From: Lama guanicoe
Lineage: Eukaryota
NCBI GenBank assembly: GCA_013239625.1
Contig: MU054323.1
Span: forward strand, 5,631,220-5,695,219
Direction: 5' to 3'
Length of the DNA: 64,000 nucleotides
Below are positions 39,030-51,209 of this stretch, one piece after another. The translations under genes were made by a program, and so were the position numbers. Numbering within the stretch: position 1 is the first letter of the stretch; each line of letters begins with the position of its first letter. Under the pieces are notes generated by a model. That model was given only the letters and a program-made list of their open reading frames with translations. It was not told the DNA's origin and searched no databases.

Positions 39030-39255
39030 TGGACCGATTTGGGATATCTGTGGTAGGTAAAGGCAATGGGATTTGCAGCTGGTCTGGATGTAGAGAATAA
39101 ATTGAAAGAGAACATCAAAGGTGGTGCTTAGATTTGTGGCTTTAAAGCCAGTGGATGAGAAGGATTGAGGCATGAGGTTTACAGAAAAATCAGGAGTTCT
39201 GTAACTGAAGTTGTCAAATCTGAATTGTGTATTAGACACCCAGTGGCAACATCAC
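39030..39255 (-). mobile_element. L2 fragment
   Basis: ggatttgcagctggtctggatgtag...aaatcaggagttctg...tattagacacccagtgg. Confidence 0.7.
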
Positions 39256-40574
39256 GTATGACTCTGCAGACCATACCTACGAAAATAGAAACTTGCTCAT
39301 TGGTTTCCTCAAGTCAATGGACGTAGGTTAAAATCTACGAAGCTGCTTGTAATAACACTGATAATCACCATATCTAGTGGCAACATTGACCTAGGAGTCA
39401 GAGGCCACACTCTATATCACCAATATCTTACTTTATTGTACTAACAGTTCCAGAACAGCTATTTTTTACAATTTTATGATAAAATTATGGGAAAAGAGCC
39501 ACTTTAAGCTTTTATAGATCTGTTTATAGATATCTGACGAAAGTGCTTCTAACCAGCACTAGAAATCCACCTTGGAGTTAGCTTTCCCCGCTTCATCATC
39601 ACAGGCCAAACCTGTGACACAGAGAGTGAACTTGACACCACGAGCCATGGAAAAGGAAAGCGGGAAGAGGCAGGCTCTCCAGCCCACCTGCCCCTAGACG
39701 CACACGCTCCTGAGTGCACCAGGGTGCGTGGTCGCCTGTGAGGGTGAAGAGCCTTCTTCATTAATTAAACTTATTAATACTATGCTATGAAAAATGGCTC
39801 ATTAGCTCCAGCATCGTAACCATGCCTACAGCGTTTCCACCTAATGGAGCCCAGGGATTTACAACGACTGCAGTACTCATTGCAGTAGCCGCGATTTTTG
39901 ACAAAGTGCACGTGTACCACCTCCTCCTAATTTACTGAGCCCTTTTGCCCTCCAAGATACCTTGTCAGAGTCTAGTGATTTCTCCGCATTCCATCCCAAA
40001 GGATATGGTGGGATGTCAAGGTACCAGGAGGAGGGGTAGAGCCCTAAACCCAAAGCAGAAGCAGATCGAGCTTCCAGAAGAAATTAGACCTCAGACAGAG
40101 TAGAAGGTGTTCTTATGTCAAGTGGGTGGTGAATACGAGGGGTCATTCGGAGCAGTCATCCCTGATTACAGGAAAAAAATGAAAGTCAAAGAGAAACTAG
40201 ATAGCTTCTCTACTCTGTGAAACTCCTCCTCCGCCCCCAGACAGCAGGCCTAGATCTAGCAGAGGGCGGGGGAAGGCTCTGATCTCTAACGTGCTGCAGA
40301 AGGTTTGAACCACTGCTCAAAGTCAGAGAGAAAATATTTACTTTATTAAACCCCCCTAACCAAAATCAGCCTATTCAGATTAATATTGCTTCCCGATATT
40401 GCTTTCCAAATGTTAGGGGCAATGACCTGGAAAAGTGAAAAGCTTTATTTAAGAGTGTTGATGTCTGCATCTAAATGCATGGCTCTTTGGATGTCAGAAG
40501 AACAAAGCAGCCATTGGTTGGAGTTTAATAATCTCTCGCTGTCCAGATATGAAACTTGTGGTTGCCCCCAGTGA

Positions 40575-42145
40575 AGACTTCCAGAGAGCAGAGCTATAAC
40601 AACACGTGGTTGTTTGGTTTAGAATGCAGAAAGTCACAAGGGAGTGTCACTTCCATGTTACCATTAGAAGAAGCTAGGTAAGCTGTAAAATTATAGTTTT
40701 TAAACTCATCAGAGAGTTGAGGATATCAGTAAGTCTAAATGAATTAAATTCCAGAAAGCTATGAGCCTTTCCTTGGAGAGTAGAGACTCAGAGTTACCAG
40801 CATCCTTAGTAAAATGGTGGAAAAGGAGGAATTCAACAGAGACAAAGGGACAAAGAAACCAGCCCAACATTTCACGAATCTCCCACAAGCTTGTGTGAGC
40901 TGGTGAGATAGGAAGCCCCTGGTATCCCATCTACAGAACTACCCACCACCCATGCCCCCCTACCTTTCCCATAGGCCTTCAACAAGCATATGGGAGTCGT
41001 ATACTAAAGGCTGGGGACAGGGCAGAGACCTGAGAGAGATCCCCCCTCCCACAGCATATGAGACCTTCTGGAATCTCAAAACAGCAGCCCCTGCAAGGTG
41101 GAGGCAGAGCAAGAGGGCTGAGAAAATCTTCCTGAGGCACCACGGACTTCTATCAGGTACCCAGGCACAGCCCCTGAAGGTCTTTGCTTAGTGCACTGGA
41201 GCAGCTGAAGGCTGGGAGCAGGGGAACGGGATGCAAAGAAACTTCCCAAGGAATGGAAAACCAGCACCAGGACTAAAGAAAACAGAGAAGTCTCCCGTGA
41301 CCCAAGAAGTCGGTGGGTAGTCTATTACGACAGAGTCTTCCATTGTTCAAGAAGCTGTAAAACTTAAGGATCTCTTTAATCTCACCTGTGTTCAGATCCC
41401 AGGCCCTGCTGAAGGGAGAGTCTTGATCATATCCTCCAATCTTTCAAGGCTAGAAGTGAACTGATCTAACCAGAGCCACAATAAAGCTCAGGCCCAGCCC
41501 AACACATCAGATTAACTCATCCTTCCAAACTACCAGCCTGACAAAAGATGGGATTTTTTCTCTCCTAGACGTAAAGTTTATTTGCTTCTACCTCTTCAGT
41601 CCTTTTTTATACATATGATCTCTGCACATAGTTTTAAAAAAATAGGAAACACAAAGAAGCAAGAAATATGATCCATGATTAAAAGAAAAAAAAAGAGCAA
41701 TGGAATCAGACTGAGAAAAAGTCCAAATATTGGATTTATCAGGCAGGGAATCTGAAGAAAAAAAAAGTCTATGATAAATATGTTAAAGGATCTAAAAGAA
41801 ATCATGAACAGTATATGTGAGAAGATGAGGGATTGATCAGAGAGATGGAAAGTGCAAAAAAGAACAGAACAGAAATGCTATAAATAAGAAAAACAATATC
41901 AGAAGTGAAGAATTCCTTCGACAGAGTTAAAAACAAACTGGACAAAGTAGAGAAGAGGATTCACGAACCCGAAAACAGGACCAGAGGAATTACTCTGAAT
42001 GAGGGAAGTTTCTAGAATGAGGGACATGTTTTACATGTTGTTTTCAGAGGCAATTACCTAAGTGTATACAATTGTCGAAACCAGTCAAATTGAACCCTTA
42101 GGATCTATGCTTTTTATTTTATATAAATTAAATATCAACAAAACA
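40575..42145 (+). mobile_element. Ancient L1ME-like element: 5' UTR and ORF1 start joined to the 3' UTR
   Basis: L1M-type 5' UTR from ~40575; ORF1 remnant 41630-41995 (ctatgataaatatgttaaagga...acaatatcagaagtgaagaattc); L1ME tail 42000-42145 (gtgtatacaattgtcgaaacc...ataaattaaatatcaacaaa). Confidence 0.7.
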
Positions 42146-42374
42146 TGAATGAACGAAAATATGGAGGGATGTTATTCAACACATTCATTGAGCATCTGTC
42201 TGTAGCAGATACTTCACCACCAGCTGAGAGCAAGTGTATCTATTATTGCCTTTAGGTAGCTTACATTCCCTGAAGGAGTGGGAGAGCATCCTCTCCTTCA
42301 CGGAAAAAGTCAGGGCATTGTTCCCTCAGGTGAGATTTTTAAAACAAGAAAACAACACAAGGTCGTAAGAGGGT

Positions 42375-43066
42375 ATGATGGATTTTGGTGACACAAGGAA
42401 ACCGTATTGGGACCCACATATCCCCCAGGTCTCAGCTCTGCGGTCAGTGGAGAACCCTGGTCACCATCCCCCCACCACCACTCCAATCCCACCCTACTCC
42501 CCACTGCTACTCCCCCACCCCGCAACTCCCCTGCTAAACACAGGTGGTGGCTCAGGGGTGGGCTGGTAAAGCTTCCTACTCATCGCGCAGGGCGGGGGCC
42601 TCCGGCGCTCCAGCGCCCAGGTCTGGCCTAAGGAAAGGCACCCAGGCTCTGACTTCCCTACAGCTGCCAGGAAAGGCTGCATAACATAGTCGGGAAATTC
42701 CAGGAATACAATGCCCCATGGAGTGAACTTTGACCCATCAGAGACAGGAGCTAGGAAGAATCAATCAATAAATTTTTTAGCCTTCCTTCTCCCCCTCCCC
42801 TGCACTCCCCACACCCCCTGCCCCATACTATTCTCAGGTGCAGTCATTCCATATGGCCCCCTAGAGAAATCTTGTGTGTTCTTGCAAAGCTGGGGCAAAC
42901 TGGAGCCCCGACAAAAGCCCCCCAGCATTCTCCCCTTCCTTCCCTGCCTCCCTTCTCTTTACTCCTCACTTGCTACCTGGGGATTAACCCTCCCAGCTTC
43001 CCAATAAACCACTAGCACCGGAGCTTGGCCTCGAGCTCTGTTTTCTAGATACCCAAGCTCATAATA
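42375..43066 (+). mobile_element. LTR16-like (ERVL) LTR; 5' boundary uncertain
   Basis: atgccccatggagtgaactttgacccatcagagacaggag; ccttccctgcctcccttctc; cccaataaaccactagcac...gctctgttttctagatacccaagct. Confidence 0.7.
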
Positions 43067-43089
43067 ACACAGAACTGTTTCAGAAAGAG

Positions 43090-43352
43090 AATAATACTAA
43101 TAATTTTTAATAAGTATTAATTTTTAATGTGTATTTTTCTAAGTGCTTTACCTAAATTAACCCTGTCTAATCCTCACAACAGCCCTAAGCAGTAAGTATT
43201 TATCATGATCCTTACTTTACAGATGAGAAAACAGAGGAACAGGTAGGTTACTAACTCACCCAAGACTACACAGTAAATGGCAAAACAACTTGACTAATCC
43301 AAGCAGCCTGGTTCTCAAGCCCACTTCCTAACCACTGTGCTATACTGCATCC
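43090..43352 (-). mobile_element. Near full-length MIR SINE
   Basis: taatcctcacaacagccctaag...tttacagatgagaaaacagagg...ttcctaaccactgtgctatactg. Confidence 0.88.
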
Positions 43353-43356
43353 TTCA

Positions 43357-44011
43357 TAAAAATAGACTTACCATATGATCCAGCAATCCCACTCCTGGGC
43401 ATGTATCCAGAGGGAACTTTAATTTGAAAAGATACATGCACCTCAGTGTTCATAGCAGCACTCCTTACAATAGTGGAGACATGGAAACAACGTAAATGTC
43501 TATCGACAGATGACTGGGTAAAGAAGTCGTGCTATAGTTATACAATGGAATACTACTCAGCCATGAAAATGGATAAAATAATGCCATTTGCAGCAACATG
43601 GATGGACATGGAGACTGTCATTTTAAGTGAAGTAAACCAGAAAGAGAAAGAAAAATACCATATGATATCACTTTTATGTGGAATCTAAAAAAAAAAAGAC
43701 AAATGAACTTATTTACAAAACAGAAACAGACTCACAGACATAGAAAACAAACTTACAGTTATAGGGAGCGAGGAAGAGGGTGGGAAGGGAGAAATTGGGA
43801 GTTTGAGATTTGCAGATACTAACTACTATATATAAAATAAATAAGCAACAGGTTTATACTGTATAGCACAGGAAACTATACTCAATATCTTAGTAACCTA
43901 TAATGAAAAAGAATATGAAAATGAATATATGTATGTATATGTTTGACTGAACTATTATATGGACACAACATTGTAAATTGACTATACTTCAATTAAAAAA
44001 AAAGAAAAAAA
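43357..44011 (+). mobile_element. Intermediate-age cetartiodactyl-type L1 3' end
   Basis: ORF2 tail FIAALLTIVETWKQ...TMEYYSAMK...EKEKYHMISLLCGI with an in-frame TGA at 43425; 3' UTR homologous to the other two L1s; A-rich tail. Confidence 0.92.
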
Positions 44012-45169
44012 TTAGTAAATGAGATCAAAACAGTGAACTCACCTGGCATGATGCCCATGACAGTGTGAGCTTATTAAAGAATCTGAATGCCCAATAGGAA
44101 GCTACAAATACAAATCTGAAGCTTGAACTAGACCCACATATTCCAGTCGAGGGCTTGGAGGCATTTCCCCTCATTTTTTTAATGCAGCTTCATTTGATCC
44201 CCTGCAGAGGTAAGTGTGTGCACACCCAGGCGCACTCTGGCATGTGCAGGAGCCCCAGTGAGGCACACCCACCACGCTGGAAATAGGAACACAGGACGAT
44301 TGTCTTCCTCTCTCTCCACCCCTCCCCCATCCCTGCAGTCCTTGCAAATGCTCTAACAGACTTGTCACACGATAATGAAAAACTGAAATGTGACGGATTC
44401 AATTACAATTTATATTTTCACTTAACAATCAATTACCTTCCCCTTATTGGAAGAACATCATTAAGCTATGATACCAGCTCTGGAGAGAAATGCTCTCAGG
44501 GAGAGAAGCCGCTGGCCCAAGGAGATCTGAACAGGGTTGTTAGTCTCCCAGGAACCTGGGGAGGGGGAGAGGAGAGCCAACAAAACTCCCGGGGCTGCAC
44601 AGGCCTGAGTAGGGGAATGTTCTCTGCCTGCCTGTGCTGAGAGGGGAGCAGGGCCCCCCTCCTTCCTCCTGCCCCTGTGCATGTGTCTGTGGCTGCTCTC
44701 CAAGGCTGTAAAATGAACTAGAAATATGAAGCCCCCATTGTGTGTCACCCAGGAGCAGCTGATCTCTGAAGTTAAGTGTTTGCAAAGAAAGGGATGAAGG
44801 ATGGTGGAAGCAGCGCTGATAAGACAGATGCTGCCGAGGACCAGGCAACAGTGTACGAGGCAGAAGCAGCTTCTCCATGCAGCCTCTGCTGAGATCCTTC
44901 AAGAGGTTTGGGGTGATCAATGCACGCTCGCTCCCCAGGTGGGCTTTGTAGAACTAGAGACGCTCTCTGGGGTTCTGCGTCATGGAAAGCCACAGCGATA
45001 AGCCCTGCATAGACGCGGCGGCCTCCAAACTGCAGCCGCACAGGAGGATACAAATTGAAATCCCAGCTTTCCTTCAGGGAGACATAAAGAAGGGAGGGAA
45101 ACCCACTGCAGGTTTCTGTCTCTTTCTCTCTCTCTCTTCTCCAGGGGGTAGAACCCAGACTGGAACAGG

Positions 45170-46130
45170 CCTCCCTGCTTCCAGCGTCTCCTCTTCTAAA
45201 CCTCTCTCCACACTGCAGCCAGAAGGCGTTTCCAAGCACACAGATCTGACTGTGTCACACTTGAGGCTTTAAACCTCTCATCATATAAAATAAAGACCAA
45301 ATTCTCTAGCATGGCTTTTGAAGGTGATCAGAATACGCTACCCCAGAATATGCCACTTTGGCATCAGGATTATTTTGAGTGTAAGGCAATTGAGAATCAA
45401 CAGATGCAGGAAGAGTTCTCTGCCCTCCCCTTATCTGCCTAAAAACAGGGCATGCATTTCCCTTTGTGAAGGTCTTTAGCCCTGGTACCAGGAAGGCAAG
45501 GGAAGTCTTATCACTGGAGACGGAGAGTCAACACTGAGATGAGTTTGCATAAACAGACCTTACTGTAATAATCCTTATCTTCCACGAGTCAACCCTGTAC
45601 GTCCTAGTTACTTCTCCATAATGTATTGTTCCTTGAAGCCCAAAGCCTTTTTCTGCTGTTAAAATGATATATAAGCACCCAACACATAACCACTTCTTTG
45701 AGTTTAGCTTCATTTCTGTGAACTCCCATGCATACAAATACTTAAAAAAATTATATGCCATTTTTTCTACTATTCTATCTTTTGTTCATTTAATACATGC
45801 TTCCCCAGGAACTGAACCTAAGAGGGTAGAGGAAATTTTTTCCTCCCCAACACATTCAAGTGCTTCCCAATCTTGCCTCTATCACATACACTTTCCAGCT
45901 CCCCGTTAAACTTGACCTGGTTCTCAAACCATGCTTGTTAAGTGCCTCCTAGAATTTACACATACACTTGCATTCTCCCGGCTTCTCTGTTTGACCCAAC
46001 TCCAAGTAAAACCTTGAAGTCCCTTCAAATATTTTCCTCTCCTGAAGCCTTCTTTCAACATCACCAGGCAATGAATGGCCCTTTTGCCTTGCACACCAAA
46101 CACTTTGTCCACACTATTTGCTCACACAGT
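45170..46130 (+). mobile_element. L2 fragment split by a MER34 LTR
   Basis: ctctccacactgcagccaga...cagatctgactgtgtcac...aaagaccaaattctctagcatggc, resuming at 45853 with cattcaag. Confidence 0.65.
45319..45852 (+). mobile_element. MER34-family (ERV1) solo LTR
   Basis: tgaaggtgatcagaatacgctaccccagaatatgccactttggcat...aacctaagagggtagaggaaattttttcctccccaaca; TG...CA ends; 4-bp TSD cttt / catt. Confidence 0.9.
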
Positions 46131-46154
46131 CTTGCAATAATCATGATGTAACAC

Positions 46155-46420
46155 ACAGAACACAGTGAAGAGAGAGAGCAGGAGAGCACTAGGGGAAAAT
46201 GGCTTGGATTCCAATCCCAGTTCTGCCTCTTTCTAGCTGAGGGCTCTCACGCTAACTGCTTATCCATTCAGTACCTCGGTTTCCTCATCTGTAAAATGGG
46301 ATGGCTGTGCGTGACCTCATATGAATAAGGTGGTTGGGAGGATTAAGTGAATTGCTGTATGAAAATCACTGGATCCATGCATGACACCTAGTAAGTGCTC
46401 AGTAAATGCTGGTTACTAGG
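46155..46420 (+). mobile_element. MIR SINE
   Basis: aatcccagttctgcctct...cctcggtttcctcatctgtaaaatggg...gtaagtgctcagtaaatg. Confidence 0.9.
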
Positions 46421-47682
46421 TATTTGATTTTTGGTGAACTAAAAGTTTTCATGGAAGGGTCAGTTAAATCTTAATCATCTTTCTACCCAATGTCAAAAGA
46501 GCCTATCATAGAGCCTGGTGGTTCATAAATTCTCAAAAAGCAAAACAAAACAAAACAAAACCCCAAACTGTGCTGAATGAACAGTCACTCTGCAGAGCTA
46601 TTGTAAACACAGTAGCTGCTGGTATTCAAAACTGTGAATACACAGTTTTGTGGAACATTTCAGCTGCTGATCCTGTCAAATGTGCTTACATGTAAGTATT
46701 GTGAAAACATTTTAAGGGCTGATACTGTCAAATGCATTGAGGAACCACTGTGAACGTTGACATTGTCAAGTGGGGTGTCAAATATGGTTATACAAAAACA
46801 ATGTAACAGCAATGTACGTGACATATAGATCTATATTAAAGATATGGTGCCGAGAACAAGGTTAAAGCAAAGCACAGTCCAAATAAAATATCAAGTCCTA
46901 CCTTTCAGCTTATGGTCTTAAAACTGTGATGGATCCAGAAATTCATCACGTACTAATTCTTTTAAAAACATTATGTTGTCCTGGGTGGGGGAGTGAAACT
47001 TCATGTGAAGGGATCCTTAAGGGAAAGATCCAAGGAGGAGAAGCAAAGATCACGGCCCCCGCCCGCAGTGAGTCTAAGTGAGATTTCTGCACACTCTTCT
47101 ACCTGATTTCATGGAGCTGGGGTGGTGTGAACCATGAGACAGGTGCGGCCAAGACGTTCCGATGGCAGCCTGGGTCTTTGGTCATAAATGCTGGAGTCTT
47201 GCATTACTCAAGCCAGCACGAAAGAGGGTGGAAAATGAGATACCCTCTGTCCCCACAGGGTCCTGACCTGGAAGGGACAGTGGGGCTCCTTCTAACGGTC
47301 TGAATGATACAGCCCAAACCATACCTCACCCAGACCGCCCCCCCTGCACCACCGTCACAAATTCTGGGACAATGGGATTGTGTCTTACACATGATCTCAG
47401 CTCTGTTTCTGAAAGGTAGCCATTACTCTCTAGCTTAAAATCAAAACAAATGCAAAAAGATAAAAAATACCCCTGTGTTTCTACTACATTAATTTGTATA
47501 TTGTATCCAAGAGAGTGAAATCATAGCTTTGTTTTATATCTGCTGGTCACATCAGATCTGAAATGGAGTGTCCAGGTTAGAAAAGGGAATTAAGAATAGC
47601 ATTACCTAAAATGTTTTGTATGGTGTATCAAGAATCATAAAATGTTTACATTCTTTGCTCTACTAGTTACAAATCTGGGAAT

Positions 47683-48229
47683 TATGCACAATTTCTCATG
47701 TTTTAACATCTTTGAAATTTGGATGCACACTTGCAATTGATATAGGCATGTAATGAAGTGTTTCTTTTCTCCCCCCAAAAAGTGCTATTAAATTGATGGT
47801 GTGTCTTAAGTTAGTTGGATTCATGTGTGTGGCTGCCAGAATAAAACACCTCAGTCACAGTGGCTTAAGCAACAGAAATGTATTTGCTCACAGTCCAGAA
47901 AGCTGGAAGTCCAAGATCAAGGTGTGGGTGAGTCTGGTTTCTCCTGGATCCTCTCTCCCTGGCTTGCAGGCGGCATCTTCTCACTGCATGCTCACCTGGC
48001 CTTCTCTCTTGCTCCCTCACATCGCTGCTGACTCTTCCTCCTCTTACATGGGCACCAGTCATGTTGGGTTAGGGTCCACCCTCATGACCCCATTTAACCC
48101 TTGTTACCTCTTTAAAGGTCCCATCTCCAGAGACAGTCACACTGTGGGGTTATGGCTTCAGTGTATGAATTTTAGAGGTACACCATTTAGTCCAAAACAT
48201 CAGTGGTGTCTTAGGATCAAGAAATACAG
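47683..48229. mobile_element. MER104-like TcMar-Tc2 MITE split by an MLT1 LTR
   Basis: ttttaacatctttgaaatttggatgc...tattaaattgatggtgtgtctta, resuming at ~48200 with tggtgtcttaggatcaagaaatacag. Confidence 0.65.
47810..48199 (-). mobile_element. MLT1A/B LTR
   Basis: gtggcttaagcaacagaaatgtatttgctcacagt...gctggaagtccaagatcaaggtg...ccaccctcatgaccccatttaac...tatgaattttagagg. Confidence 0.9.
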
Positions 48230-48804
48230 CATAACTTTGATCATCAATGAACAAGAAATGAGTGTCTACTGAAGGAGACAAGAGATATCACCACACCTAT
48301 CCTGACAGCTGGAATGTTCTGGCAGCCTGACCCTTTGCTGAACACCCCAGCTCAGCCGTCATGGGAAAGACAGACCCAGCATTCCTCTTCCCCTCTCATC
48401 CTTCCCCCAGGTCAGAAATGGCTCCTACCATATTCTCTACTGTCTCAGCAATCATTTTATCCCTTCTAGCTGATAACTCTCACCCAGTGCCTGGGGCGCA
48501 CATTTTGCCCCCGACCATAATGAGTCATATTATAGTTTTATCTCTTCTTTAACCACAGAGTAATCTTCTATCTAACTCCTAGTCTTCCTTAAATATTTAA
48601 CTATCATCTCCTACCCTGGAAACCATTCTTTGACTACCCCACCAGCACCAAGCATGGGGCAGGTGGACCCTTGTGAGCTCTCAGTGCCACTACAAAGTCT
48701 GTCTTATCCATTGTCATTATATCACACACACACACACACAGTGAGCCCCTTAGTGCCAGAGACTGTTCTAGTCAACTTTCCACCTTCATGGCCCAATACA
48801 ACCG

Positions 48805-48970
48805 CTTCTTAGCTATGTGCCCTCTATGCCAAGGTTTCTGTCTCTATAAACAGGGACAGTCACATAACCTACCTTACAGGTGACGTGAAGGTGAAATGAG
48901 ACGGTGAGGTGTAGACAGTGCTTGGTGCAGAGTCAGTGTTCACGTGCGGCTGAGGATGGTGATGATGACA
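48805..48970 (+). mobile_element. MIR SINE
   Basis: tagctatgtg...gtttctgtctctataaacaggg...taacctaccttacagg...gtgaaatgag. Confidence 0.65.
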
Positions 48971-50855
48971 ACAGGGCAGCACTCAGAGAATGTCCAGAGG
49001 AGGGACGGAAGCTTCATCTAAGCAACAGTTACGTGTTCTCCACCTTTTCCCTCTCCCATGAGACCAAGGAACACGGGTCTAGGCACGGGGATCACTTCTG
49101 GAGCTAGATTTAAGGTGAATAAATGACTTGGGCTCCACCTAACCTGGGGACCATTCAGGTTTATAGTGACAAACAGTAAGTAGGCTTTTAAAGGTTTAAC
49201 CATAAGGACCTTGGGTAGGTAGGTAGGAGAGATGAATAAATGCCCTATGTAAGACATGACAAGTCAACTCAGTCCCTTCAAAGCTCTTTATCCTGTCAAC
49301 AGGCTGCCCGCAAATATTCAAGCATTTCCTTCTCCTGTGCAGTGTGGCTCTGCTGGGGAGGTGTCCTTACGGGACCACCCACTCATCTCTCCAGGGAACA
49401 CCCCTGTTACATGGTGTACAGTGTGTAAGTAAGGACCACGCACAGGGAAACATCACCGTGGGCAATGACTCCCATCCAATCTGATGCTGAAATCCCACCT
49501 CTGGGATGATATCTTCAGAACACGATTCAAGAGGACAAAGCTCTATACATGTAGGAAGATGTTCACTGCAGTCGCATCTGTGGTCTTAAGAATACGAGTA
49601 AGCACAGAAACAGCTCAGTGTGCCCTGGCACTGACGATAAGACATCCTCTAGCTACGAAGAGGAGTAGTTGGAAGTCTACGCTTACAGTTAAAGAAGAGA
49701 CCAAAGTTCCATCGGCACTATGATTACAGCTGGGTGAAAATACATATCTGTGGCCAAAACACAAGATATGCCAAACAGAAGCCAGATATTCTTTTAGGGA
49801 AGAAGGAATTGGGGGAATTATGGATGGATTTCCCATTTATATAAAAGAAGTCCTCAACCTTTTATAAAAACCTTTTACGAGAAGGTTTTACACAAAAGGA
49901 TGCCCTGATTAGCTGGTTCCCAGTTGTTGGGGAGGCTCCCTGGCTCCTGATGATGAAAAGTTCAGGCAGTCCCAGTGGCTGTTATTGTTCCAAATAGTCC
50001 ATAAAATTCACAATCGGAAAGAGTTGGCCCAGAACATTCTCAGCATGGATGAGGCTTATGTCAGATGGTGGCTGCCTGCTGCCTCTTTGGGGTTTTCCCA
50101 GTTGCAAGATGCTTGAGGAGAAACTTCTCTTGCTTTCCTCCTTGTTGTGCACACTTTAATTATTAATGTAATCAATTGGTGCTCACTAAATGTTTTTAAA
50201 GAGCTTCTCCGCTTGTTGCTGTGACTTGGATGACATTCAATTCTACACTTTGGCCAGAGGAACACCAAGGGTTCCACAGAGCCCAGGCAGGTGAAGGAAT
50301 CCGGGCAGGGCCATCTAGGTCATTGCAGGGGTGGATTTGAATAGTTGATGTTTTTCTGGTATTAGTTCTGTTTTGATAACACCTTAAAGTAGGTGCATTT
50401 ACTGAGTGATTTTAACATGATGAGATATAAATATGAGTGTTCTCCATTCACTGCCTGTGATCAAACCTCATCCAATCTCCCATTCCCAGCCCTTAACAAC
50501 ACTTTCCTCAAATTTCATGACCTTCTGATCACTTTTGGTCATTAAAAGTCATGTACGTTTACAACTTCCACGTCAAACTAAATGTCCGCTGCTCCTCTCC
50601 TCAGCAAGGCTGACAGTGACCTTGACAGCTTGCAGTGGGGGACTGTGGCCCCCTGGTCCTCCCAACCCTTCAAGGCCTAGCTACTCTGCTGATGGGCTGG
50701 GAAGAGAGGAGAACAAGGATGCAAGCATCACTGCTTAACTCTGCTGGTGGTCCCAGCTCTCTCCAGGGCACAGGTAGACTTCTTCGGAGCCACCCCGTCC
50801 CCTGCACACGTCATTCAGATGAGAAGTCCAAGTCCAGCTCTTATCTCGTATTGTG

Positions 50856-51209
50856 TGCTATGGACCGAATGCCTTTGTCTCCCCCTCAAGTTCATATGCC
50901 GAAATCCTAACCCCTAATGTGAAGGTGTTAGGTGGGCCCTTTGGGAGGTGACTGGGTCATGAGAATGACGCTCTTGTGAATGGGATTAGTACCTTACAAC
51001 GGGGCCCTCCCCCAACACCACCTTCACCCCTCCCATCACGTGAGAGCACAGCAAGAAGCCAGCATCGATGGGTCTTCCTCAGATGCCTAACCTGCCAGGA
51101 ACTTGATCTTAGATGTCCCAGCCTCCAGAACTGTGAGAAATAAATGTTTCTTGTTCAAGCTGCCCAGTTTGTGTTGCCCTGGTAATAATACTACTCACGG
51201 ACTAAGACA
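50856..51209 (+). mobile_element. MLT1A-type solo LTR
   Basis: tgctatggaccgaatg...gaatgggattagt...ccagcctccagaactgtgagaaataaatgtttc...gactaagaca; 5-bp TSD ttgtg / ctgtg. Confidence 0.92.

Noticed and set aside
43357..44015. TSD for the 43.4-kb L1 (aaaaatag / aaaaattag)
   Set aside because: The left copy overlaps L1 consensus sequence and is low complexity, so it cannot be called.
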